Source: Gonapodya sp. JEL0774
Taxonomy: Eukaryota
Assembly: GCA_027604505.1 (NCBI GenBank)
Contig: JADIIX010000038.1
Location: 62,001 to 126,000 of the forward strand
Reading direction: 5' to 3'
DNA: 64,000 nt
Shown here one piece after another: positions 13,748 through 27,878 of the stretch. The notes beneath the pieces were generated by a model, which saw nothing but the letters and a program-made list of their open reading frames with translations, searched no databases and was not told the DNA's origin. Numbering within the stretch: the stretch's first letter is position 1; each line of letters opens with the position of its first letter. Made by a program: the position numbers and the translations under genes.

Positions 13748-15057
13748 ACGAAGGGAGTTCTTCAGTTGTGCGGCTTGGGACTCTTCGCGAACTGGACCGG
13801 ACCTTGCCCCTGTAGCACGAGACAGGCCACTAATTGGACGTCCAACGCAAGGCTTGTCGTTTGCTTTTGATTTTACAATGGGCGATGGCCGAGGAGACGG
13901 GACATTGATATTGGAAGTAGCAAGTGTTTGTGTTGTTGTCCCGTTTTACTCTTGTCGTGCAAAGAGGCGGGCTGTAATGGATGGACCAGAACAAAGAGCT
14001 CATATCAAAGTTAGGCAGCTGGAGCGAACGGAGAGTGAAAACGTACCACAGGAAGCTCTTTCAGAGCCGGGAGCTTTTGCGAGTTTCCTGCATTCCGCCA
14101 CGGATGGATCGACCGATGTGCATCATTTTTCAAGGCGCTCGATAGTATTGATGTGACTGAATGGCCTTTCGGGGGTGGTTTCGGGACCAGATGACTGGGT
14201 ATCTGTTGGTTGACGAAATTGGCGGTGACGGCGGAGAGGGGCCTGTCTTTCGGCTTTCCCGCTGCCCGGGAACTTAAAGGCTGCGCTTGAAGAGTTGTCA
14301 GCCGAGAGCGCCTGTCGGGTAGGTTTCTGTCGACTGCCATCAATTGAAAGGGTGAAAATGCATTGGTTGTTTGGAACGAATACTGTGGTCGCGAGCCTTG
14401 GCCTACTCCTTGGGATCTTCGCTGGATCGACGATACCATGCTCTTCGAAATGATCTTTGATGGAGTTTTCGAGATTTTTGGCGGTGCTGTCGATGGTAAA
14501 TCCAAATCAATCGCTCATTCTCCGCTGGGGAGACAACAGCAAGGGATTCACCACCGTCTCTTTCCCCACATTGAATCACCATGTTGGTCTCGTTGCTATT
14601 GTCGTTCGAGCTTGCTGCCGCGCTCGGTGAATCCATTTTGCTCACGGTATGTAGAGGGCAATTCTAGGGGTATCGTGAATGATGAGCGAGAATTAAAAAT
14701 TGTTCTCGTGTTCTCGTGGGGACTGGTGGCCTAGTTACTCCGCGGGGTTCCAGCGGTTCAGTGATCAGCAATCAGCGACTCAGCCATCTTCCCAAAAGGT
14801 AAATTTTCATGATCAAGGGTCCTCGACCGTTGCTCACAAAACCGAGCAGTCTGGAATTCCGCAGACTTGTTATCCGGTTACACACCAGCTGATCGGAGCT
14901 ATTGTGGCTATGCTCACCAAATGGCGGTAGTGATAGAATGAACCATCGGCATGTAACGCAAGTGGGTTTGATACGTCTTTCCAACTATTGCGCGAAAGCT
15001 TGCTGCAAAAGATATTCACTCTAGATACATGAAATCCTCCCCCAGCCCTGCCTGTAA

Positions 15058-15822
15058 CTAGAGTTTCTCCGAGGCATTGCTCTTGAACCTGGCGCTGGCG
15101 AAGTCCCAGTTAGCCAGTTTCCACCACGCCTCAATGTAGGATGCACGAGCATTCCGATAATCCACATAGTACGCATGCTCCCAGACATCGCATGTGAGGA
15201 GGGGCAGGAGGTGGATATCTACATGGTGCATCGAACTCTCAACTCTCTTCCTTTGAGCAAGCACGCCACGCTTACCTTCAAGTGGAGTTCCAGCGTCGTG
15301 TGTCTGAACAATTTTCAGTTTTTCGCTGGTTTTATCGATCACCAGCCAAGCCCATCCACTTCCAAAGTGTCCTGCAGCGGCTGCGGTGAATTCTTTCTGG
15401 AAGGCCTCGAATGATCCAAAGGAACTTTCAATGGCTGCAAGAAGTTCTCCACTCGGTCTTCTTCCAGGGTTGTTGCCATCCACTGGTGAAAGGCTCTTCC
15501 AATAAAAGTCGTGGTTGTAGATTTGCGCCGCTGCATTGAAAACGGCGGCGGGTACAGACGAGCGTGAGACGATGATATCCTCAACGGTCTTCGATGCCAG
15601 AGTCTTTTCAATAGCAACAAGTTCGTTAAGCTTAGAGACGTAGCCTGTGAATAAGTAACCATATCGCGCGACACTGTTAAGTTGAATTCTGCTTGAAACC
15701 CGAAGATACTCCTCACCAGCATGATGCTTTCCGTAGTGATAGGAGATAGTTTCCGCACTGATATGTGGCGCGAGCGCATCCTGAGCATAGGGAAGCGGCG
15801 AAAGAGTGAAGGGAGCGGACAT
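15058..15822 (-). CDS. Fe-type superoxide dismutase (Fe/Mn-SOD family), 2 introns
   Basis: LPYAQDALAPHIS, HYGKHHAGY, FNAAAQIYNHDFYW, FGSGWAWL, DVWEHAYY; in-frame introns 15645-15716 (72 nt) and 15219-15275 (57 nt) give ~211 aa. Confidence 0.95.
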   Translation of the reverse strand: MSAPFTLSPLPYAQDALAPHISAETISYHYGKHHAGEEYLRVSSRIQLNSVARYGYLFTGYVSKLNELVAIEKTLASKTVEDIIVSRSSVPAAVFNAAAQIYNHDFYWKSLSPVDGNNPGRRPSGELLAAIESSFGSFEAFQKEFTAAAAGHFGSGWAWLVIDKTSEKLKIVQTHDAGTPLEGKRGVLAQRKRVESSMHHVDIHLLPLLTCDVWEHAYYVDYRNARASYIEAWWKLANWDFASARFKSNASEKL

Positions 15823-16216
15823 CTGTACGTGAGCGTTTGGGGGGGGGGGGGTGGGCTGCGGTGGCGGCGGGGGTCCCGCGCGCGCTGGGGCGGTGTGGCC
15901 CGCGGCTCCGGCGCGCCCGTGGCCGCGGCCCGGGCGGCGCGGGCCCCACCCCGCCGCCGCTGATACAGAGAAGAGGGGGAAAGCTATTTGAAAAGCCCTG
16001 TAAATGCCACGATTTTGTGGCTGAGCACCAATAAAAATGGCGAAATCTGATTATTAATGCTTACAGTTGAAGATCGGACGAAATTGTCAAGGAGCGGCGA
16101 GATAAATCTATGATCTGATTCGCCAACATGTGCCAAATGCACTGTTCCCCAGAGAACCACCAGTCCGATAATATATAAAATATTTTTTGGTTTATCTTTT
16201 AACCACTTTGACAATG

Positions 16217-18277
16217 TTACCTCAGTGCATTTCGAAGTCGAATGGATGTGGCAATTGTTCGAGTGGCGATTCTGGTAAAATCCGGCATTAACACTGAATG
16301 CAAAGATCGAATATGGGAATGAAACACACTACTGCACACGAGCTGTTTGATACAGCCCACTTCTTGCACTACTTGTTCAATCTTCTGGGTCACTTGATCC
16401 TCCAGGTCGTTTCCTTCGTGTACACGCGAAGTCAGATTCTCATATGTTGTCGCATGACAAAACGACTCACGATCAATGTAAAGAACTCTCAACCCTGTGC
16501 TGAAGGGCAACGCTCGAGCAAGTATTTCCCCTCCTTCACATCCAATCGCGTTTTCTGAAGGGAGCAGAAGACCAGTGATCTACAATCCAAAGTGCTCTCA
16601 AGATGTCAACCTTACCAGTCAGGCGTAAGCATTTGAGCTGGACATTATATCGAAGTGCGTCGGCCAGAGCCGCGATACCGGACGGTCCAATGCCGTTGCC
16701 TGAAACGCAGTGGGTGACCCTTTAAAATATTAGCGCACGTTACAGTGAGACCCTCACCTGCAATATCGAGCTCCGTTAGAGTATGGTTGACTTTAAGCAC
16801 CCTACCGAGCTCCACAGCTCCAGCAGAGCCGGCACCGTTTCCTGAGTGGTTTCAAATCGATTTGTGATCGCCGGCTGATGCTAAACCGAAGCCTGAACAC
16901 CAACTACCAATCCACAGCCCCCGCAGGGATGTGTTTGTTTCCAGCGCCTGTGCCAGAATTGTTGTACCGCTCGGACCAAGCTCATTTCCTGGTTAGCAAC
17001 TGTTGAGTATATATCTCATCCATTGAATGGAGCTATGGAAGCACCCACCATACAGTCGCAATTTCTTAATGACGTTGTTTTCGTTCACAATTTTCACTAA
17101 GCAGGGGGCGCTTTTTGGAGTTAGCTTATTGTCTCATGAAAATTAGAATATCGCTAGTGGTTGGAAAAAAAGTTCGGTTTGCCACTTAAAAAGAACGGCA
17201 CGCACTCACTAGATAGGCTCAATTCTTGCAAATGATGCGTTCGAGTAATCGCATCTACGAGTACTTCCATGCCTGTATCGCCGAGACTGCAGTCTAAAAG
17301 ATGACCTGGAATCAGCAACGAATTAATTCAAAACTTGCTCTTTTGATATGCGCACCACTCAAACACAACCGAAGCAAACAACCACGCAGGGCTTTCCTAG
17401 CAAGTGACGTTAGCGCTTCGCTTGAACCTTGGTGGAAGTCGTGTTTGAAATTGATTTTAAAAGTGTTTTCTCGCTCGGGATTGAAAATACATTGCACTCA
17501 CATTCTGCACAGATGACGAGTTCTCTAAGGGGCTGACGCACTGGCTCAAATGGTCTGCTTAGTTTCTCGAGTCTGGCATCATCACAGTCTATCTCGACCT
17601 TGGCGTAGAGTTCGTAATACGCTGCATTTTGCCACGCGCGAGATACCCTGCTGGCACGAGCAAGAATTTTTCGGGAGCTTGGCTGTGAGCATACATTGTG
17701 CATGATCGCTAGGAGGATTTCAATCGGAAGATGGAGACTGCGACGTTGTGAGTCGGACTGACAAGGGGAGGAGGGATTGGTCGTGAGTGGTTCACTCGTA
17801 GTCAAAACCATCTCGGATTGCCGATGTTGATCCAAAACTGAAGTTCTTGTTGTGGCGCTTGCCTCGCGATGGCCGTTGGAGTTCTCACGAAAGGTCTTCG
17901 TCTTCGCGGCAATTATCGCGCAGGCTTTTCATTGTCCTTTTTTATTAACCACGGCGGCAATCTTTCAGTGTGCCCGTTTCCACCAATAGAAAAACTAACC
18001 GAACCAGTCATGAAAACGAAATCGCTCACTGAGACCATGGCAGGAACGTGCTGATTCCAATATTTTCCCGGTCGCTTCGCCAATCCTGGGACAGAGAACC
18101 GAACCCGAACTCCATATAATCTCAAAATTGACTACAACAAAGAGCGACTGATGCTGGTGGAAAAGTGTGTTGACCATCGGAATATGTTGGATGCAACAGT
18201 TGAAGAAGTGAATGGACACTAACTCCTACATCATCATCCCATCCTCCAACGTATTCGCTGAGTTTGGGGACGGCCAT
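16217..18277 (-). CDS. F-box + RNI-like leucine-rich repeat protein (ends approximate)
   Basis: LPIEILLAIMHNV...LARASRVSRAWQNAAYYELY F-box; short exons reading GNELGPSGTTILAQALETNTSLRGL, GNGAGSAGAVELGRVLKVNHTLTELDI, GNGIGPSGIAALADALRYN. Confidence 0.75.
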
Positions 18278-19891
18278 GGTTATTTGAGATCTCTTTGCGG
18301 AAAGTACAGTGATTGTGTGAGAAGTAGGTCGTGAATTTGATGCAGTCCTTTTGTCAACCACGCAGCCGAGCTGGGGATGTTGGTAAGGGAAGCAGTCGGT
18401 GACCCTTCATTACACGAAATCGTAGACCGCAGCAAGTTCAGACGCAATGTTAGTGCCGCACTATCATGATGTGTGTCGTTTGACTTTACGTATCTTGTTC
18501 TCATTCTTCAGCCTGACGTCCCCCACCCCCGGGCCCACCCTCCGTCTCCACGTTCCACCGTGTGAAAGCTGACACTACGGACTTGAGTGTGACAAAGTAT
18601 GCATCTTGGCTAGCATCGGGGGGCCGCAAGGAGGGATCCCCGCGCAGCTGCAGATATACATGAAGAATAAGCGCAATGTGGAAGCAGGGGAGATCATGGG
18701 AAACGAAAGCAAAGACGACGTCTCACTGGAGCGTATGTTTTGCCGTACGATTCACTCACTCCCAACCAATGATATCTTTACAAAGAACTTCGGGCAACTG
18801 TTCCAATTCGAGTTCGATCCCGACGTGTTCTACAGAGTCCAACCATTTTCCTTCTCTCGTCGCGTTTTTCAAATATGTGTGTGGAAGTGCAACAGGCATG
18901 ACATTGCGTTTTCCTGCTGTACACTACAGGAATGATATCCGCAATCGTAGTCGCACTTTGCCGCCACCAGCGTTGGAGGTAAGAAAGTTGCGGCGTCTCG
19001 TTTGCTCACTCAGACTTGGAAACCGCTGTCCCACCATTTCTGAATGAGGACGGTTGCGCGAACGATGACGTCATGGGGAGTGTGTGGGGCACCCGCCGAC
19101 GATGAAAGAGTTGCAGACAAGAAAGAATGTTGTGGGGACAGGATGGATATAGGAAGGACCACGATCATATTGCGTTGTGCCGGGTAAGTTCGAAAGGCCA
19201 CTTCTCAACCCTCAAATCATTCAACAATCAAACATGAACGAAGTTTTAGCCCACATTGATCTGGTCCCACTTACCTTGCACAGTGTGAATCGGACTCCAA
19301 GCGAAACGTATGTTTGACTGGGATCAAATTCATTGGATGCACGAACAATGTGGATTGGAAAGGGCCAGGTTCGTTGAGTACGCAGATTAAAATGCTAGTT
19401 TAAAGAATGTGGCGGTAGTCTGGGATTACTTTTTTTTTTTGCAAGGGAGTGTTGTATTAATTTCAACGTCTGCACTGACAGCCAGTGGAACAGGGTACCA
19501 GCAGGCGGTGTCGAGGGGGGAGTCTGGGGAATTCCACCGTTGTATTAGAGAAATATGCAACTACTAACACACAGACAAGAAAGCTCCCCCATAGTGCAAG
19601 ACGTTGGAAACAACCACTGACAAACTTTTGGAAAAGGTCCCATGGCAAATGTTCATTCATTTTGCATTGGGGGGAGTGGGCCAGCAGGCGCGGAGTTTGG
19701 ACAGTGCTTTGAGAAGGAATAGGCCAATTATTTTATGCTTTCGGTGGCGAGCGGCATGGGAGGAGGTGGATAGATAAGGATTTGTGAGGTAAATTGTGTG
19801 CCGGTTCACTAGACAACAAGCGACACAGTGCTCATTGCCAACAGATCCGCCCCTCTCATTCTCACCGATTGAGAAGGAATCGACGAGTACG

Positions 19892-21060
19892 ATGGCTGAC
19901 GACATAGACAAGTGAGAACAACCGTAAAGGGCTTTTTCAGTAACTCCAACGGGCTCGAGGGATCATTTGCTCCTGCTCATGAAGAGTGCTGTTCTTGTCA
20001 ACCGACTTTTGACTGACCGTTACATTACCTCCTCTCGTTGAATTCACGGATTTATTCCCAACATGATTTCATGTGGGCCTCTCTCCGTTCTCTTTTGCTG
20101 TCACCACGAAGCATGGACTACGATCTTCCTGACCAACCATCTTCAAGTGGCCCACCAAACTCTGCCAACTCCCAATTCCAACAAATCCCTATGATTCTGA
20201 ACCTTCCTCCAGAATCCTCGAATTCTGCTCCAGCTACGGGTGCCAACATGATCTTTGACCAATTTACGAAGACATTTTACCACCAATTACCAGACCCGAA
20301 AGTTGTCAAAACGTGGAGCTGCCTCTATCCAATCTACTTCGATCTCACCGTAACTGGCTCAAGTGGCCGCAGGGTCGCTTATGGACGCTCCAAACAGAAC
20401 AATCAAGCGTCCTCATCATCTGCTGATGAAGCATCCATCCCTCCCGAGATTCCCGCACCCAGTACATCGGAACCCACTTCTTCCAAAGCCTCTGCGAAAA
20501 AGAAATCCCGCTCCGGCCGCTCCTCCCGTCCTGCCCCTCCGCCCCCACCACCAGGTTACCGCACTCCTGACGTCATGGCCATAATGCAAGCCTGCCACAC
20601 ACTTGGCCTCCCCGCCGTTATGGAGAAAAAACGCCACCCGCAGGATCCATTCCGATGGGGTCGGGTACGCGTCAATTGGCGTGTTGAGATTCCTTCGCCG
20701 GCAGCTTTGCGCGGGAAGTCGACAACATCTTCCGAATCGTCATCTGCTCCCAAAAATTGGAACTACATCAACCCTGCTATCCGCTGTAAGCGTCAGCTGA
20801 TCGGAGCTATAAGTGCTATTCTGCCTGAATCACAACGTGCCGCTGGGGTGATAAGACGGACCATCGCGGAACGTATGAAGATGGCAGGACATGCGCAACA
20901 CGCGCAACTGGTAATGCAAGGCTATGAGGAGGGAGGAAATACTGCAGCAGGAGCGGTGGCGACGGCAGGAGGTGGTACAGGGCAAGATAAGGCGGAAGTA
21001 ATACCGGGGGGACAGTCACCTGCAGGTGGCGGAGGGAAGAAAAAGAAGGGCAAGAAGTGA
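19892..21060 (+). CDS. SEC65: signal recognition particle subunit SRP19/Sec65
   Basis: ATG 19892 plus intron 19912-20111 gives MADDIDNMDYDLP; WSCLYPIYFD..GRRV, EKKRHPQDPFRWGRVRV; C-terminal KKKKGKK. Confidence 0.9.
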
Positions 21061-21295
21061 CCGTTCCCGGCTGAGTGATTTGGTGCGGTACTGTCCCAGT
21101 GGAATCTCAGGGAGGAACTACCGGACTCTTAGTAGTGCAAATAAACTCAATTAGGGAGTCTAACGAATGTTTTGTGACGGTGACGTAGCACTCTGTGTTT
21201 CGCTCCCATACCACAATTGTTTGCCCGAAGTATTCGCGAGAGGATCTGAACAATCCAGCCGGCAGACGTGACACCGACAACACCAGGCATTCGAA

Positions 21296-22896
21296 ATGCC
21301 TGCCACCAGCGAGCCACTCGTCGATTTCACGAATTCCGTGCAGTACTATACACCGGAGGAAGTTGGCCACCTCATGAAACGAGCCATCATCACTTCCACT
21401 CTCCGTGAAAAGAGATTCGACAGGCAAGGAGTTACCGCATTCGTGATGCTTTACCTCGCTCTGTGGTTCAATTCCGCGAAATCCCGTCTCCAATCGCGAT
21501 TTGATATAAGAACGAAGTTCCTTCCATGGTTACGGGACAAATATGACTTCTTGGAGCTTCCAGAGTCTGTGATGCGGGCAGGATGCGGGGCAGGCAGGAT
21601 CATCGCAATTCCCGCGAGGATTGAATCTCCGAATGATACAGAGAAAGACTTTCCGACTGAGGGATCCATTGAAAGTCCTAGTTTCCATGGTCTCCTGAAC
21701 AACCTCGCTACGACTACTGTTTCAAAGGAGACCGTAGTGTTCGTTCTAAGGACCACTTTCCCAGGAGGTGTTCCTCCTGCACGTAATGCACCACCTCTAT
21801 CTCCTGACGTGCAATGGGCATGCTTTGTCTCTCGGTTCTGCATCAGCCTTGTCATCACTGCTTTCCAGAGGAGTGCATCGGACGTGTCGGCGCCATTCGA
21901 TACGGTTCCACCTTTGATGCAAAGGGTCCAGAATGCCCTCCAGAAGGTACTGGGAGTCTGTTTGAACAAGCAAGCGTATTCCTCCAAATGCCTCGAACAT
22001 CTGTTCAATTTGAACAGAATCCCAGATGCGATCTTGCGTAACTTTGCACCTGACCGGATACGGCAGAGGAATAATGCATCAATCGGGGGAATGGCGACTG
22101 GCAATCCCTTGGGTGATAATGGCTCTGTCAATGCACTCCTCAGTCAATTAAATCACGCAGGCGCATCCCTTAGTAGTACTGTGAGCACTCTGCTGTGGGT
22201 TGCACTGATCATGGAGTATCGGCTAATCGAATTCTGTTGACTTGAGACATCTGACGACCCCACGTTGATATCCCCGCATGCTACTGCCGAGACTAGAGGC
22301 AACAACATTGCTGCTGATCTCCAGGACCCTGCGTTGGCTGTTATTACCACATCCGACACAGTAGATATCACGCAGGACCAACAGCAGCAGAGTCAATGCC
22401 CTCTCGTCACACCATCCACCACCCAGCTCTCATCTGCGGAGCGTATCTTTCATACTGAATCTGAATCTGAGGCTGCAATGCGTCTTCGTAGGGCTGATGT
22501 TCGAGTCAGGCAGTGTGACGAACTGACACTCGGTGATTCTACCTGCGAGGAGAACCCTCAAGATTACATAAAGCAAAGCTCGGAGTGCATTCAAGAATGC
22601 AAACGAGCTCTCACCGAGTTGGCAGGGAAGTTGGTATTCCCAAAGCTTCCAGTGCGTGCTGTCTCTTTTGCCTGACGTCATCCCACATTTTCATCGGTGA
22701 TATTTTCTTTTAGCCTCGCCCCACCAACTTCCATGTTGCGAATGATCCAGCTGTGCAGAGCGCCCTGTCTCTTGCAGAATTGTGGGTTGGCGCGCTCGAC
22801 GACTTTCGCATGGTACTCGGTAGATGTGCGGAGTACGTGGCAGACAAAGGGCCGGACGAGGTAAAGCGAAAGCGACAGGCCCACGAGATGGAGTAG
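21296..22896 (+). CDS. hypothetical protein (multi-exon)
   Basis: 314-aa ORF continued in frame after a probable intron at 22181-22246 and a last exon ending ...KRKRQAHEME* at 22896. Confidence 0.5.
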
Positions 22897-23077
22897 AAGT
22901 TGGAGACTATGAGCGGTGGAGGAAGAGTGTTGACCCATGTATTTGATTTGGTGTTTGTTCATGACATTGTTATAATTAGTGTTCATAAAAGTCTTGCGCA
23001 CGATGTTGTCTAAATTGCCATGAGTACACTCTAATGCGCTCTAAGTCCATCAGATTCCTCTATTGTTTACATGTGCA

Positions 23078-24485
23078 CTACCCACCCAACGCTTTCACTG
23101 CTCCTCCCACCACCTCTGCCAAACCACCTTCCCATCTTTCTACCCCTTCCAACTCGTCTCCCCTGGTCCCACCCAAATTCACCACCGCCACCTTTTTGCC
23201 TCCTTCGCTGGCCGCCTTTGCCAACCGAAGCGCCGAATGGACGGCGAGCGAGGTGCCGAGAATGAGCAGGCGGGAACTGGCATGGACAGTGGAAAGGGAA
23301 AGGTGGCGGGTTGCCGGGGGGAGGTTTTCGCTGGAAGAGTTGCGCGACGAAGGTGTACAGAAAGCGGAGGACGTGAACAGACCATCGGCAACGAAAACCT
23401 AAACAAGCAGCACCCACCCAAAAAACACCACGTTGGGTTTCATCACACCGCCGCACTTCTCACACTCGGGATATCTCCACGATGAAAAATCCACCACGAG
23501 GTCCGTGTCTCCGTCCGGGTTCACCGCGGGTTGCGACGATGGAACAACAGGAGCGCTCGTGGGAACGGCGCCGAATACGTCACGGCCGTCGTTGGCTGGT
23601 GGGGGTAATGGATTGGAGGGAAACCGGCCCGCTGAGAATCGGACAGGGGGGAAAGTACCGGCACTTTTCGCTGAATTCCCGCGCTCCGCGCCCATGATGG
23701 CCTCTTGGGCACCGTCGAGGAGGCGCCCGCGATCGCTCGTGTCTGCTGGGGCCGGCTCTGCAGGAGGCCAGTCCGGATTGAGTTCCCCCAGAGTCTTTTG
23801 GAAGTTTGCTCGGTCCACCGTGTGGTGACACGACACGCACGACACGGACCGGAGATTACCGTGGAGTTCCAGGACCGATTCATAAGGTGCACCAGCGCGC
23901 TGTTGTAATGAGTCGACGTTTTGGGTGATGAACGCAGGGGCCTCCACAATCGTGTCCCCTCCAACGGGTTTGGAGTTTGGAACGGAGACCTGAACGCCTC
24001 TCATAAGATGGCCCATTTCAAACAACCTCGCGAGGTACCCGTGTGTGGCATTTGGACGCGCTAGTTCCACTCGTGGGTAGCCGTAGAAGGAGCGCGCCCA
24101 GTACCTCTGTCTTGCTGGGTGGGAAGTTACAAACGAATTGTACATTATTGGTTTATAGGTGGAGTTTCGAACGTAGATTCCATTTGGTCCACGGTAATCC
24201 TGGCGCAACAAATTCATTTTCGAGAGGGATCGGTGCGAAAGGGGTATGTTGTCGATGGTTTTGACGGAAACCGTGAATGACTTCTTGTGAGCTGAGAGCG
24301 CAAATGAGTCCTCATTCACACACCGGAATTCCACTATCTGTCGACAATCCGGCGCCAGTCAAGATCACCGTGCGGCCCTGTCCGTCCACGATCCATTGTG
24401 CTAATCTTGAAATATCATGCGGTGATGTCCCCTTCAATCCACGCAAGCCGGTGGAGGACGGAAAAGACCTGAAAGGAGTTGTCAT
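23078..24485 (-). CDS. NAD-dependent deacylase, sirtuin class II (SIRT4-like); start approximate
   Basis: LTGAGLSTDSGIP|DYRGPNG, RQRYWARSFYGYP, PNATH, ITQNVDSL, ELHG, CxxC, NPDGD, KPNVVFFG|E, LLILGTSLAVHSALRL, VVNLGGTRGD. Confidence 0.92.
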
Positions 24486-24804
24486 TGGCTGGATACTTGA
24501 TGTGAGCAGGTCCACTTCCCCCTTTCCCCATTCATGCAGGTGCCGGTGCGGGGGTGGTGGTGGGGACCGCAATCATCGATCGACTGCACCGTCTTCATGC
24601 CGCGTGACAATACGCATATGTAACATGTACCTCAGATATTGTTGAAAAATACCAATTCGTCCTTCAAGCAGACCACTCCTTGATTTCATGAATTCAATGC
24701 AGTATGTATGACTGTCTCCTTTGCCTTCTCCCCCTTGAAATATCACATTCATATAACAGCACTACAACTGTGTCCCCTTTCATCGTTGCGTGGAAGAGGA
24801 ATAG

Positions 24805-27724
<2,920 letters not shown>

Positions 27725-27878
27725 ATGAATTCGGTTGTTGTTATGAGTGAACCAAATTTCACATGTTCTGTCTTCGTCAACAATAAATGTTCTTCTGAGA
27801 GTTTTGAAAATTCGATTTCGAGAAGTATTTGCAAAAAAATACGAGGTATCTTGATGATATATTAGGGGCCAACCAGCC

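Noticed and set aside
15219..15716. Novel protein insertions in the SOD ORF
   Set aside because: They are stop-free, in-frame GT-AG introns
21451..22131. Long antisense ORFs here and over katG, sirtuin and UBE2S
   Set aside because: Shadow frames of genes on the opposite strand with no independent motifs
22238..22240. In-frame TGA readthrough or selenocysteine
   Set aside because: Lies within a probable 66-nt intron (GTGAGC donor at 22181, GCTAAT branch-like site)
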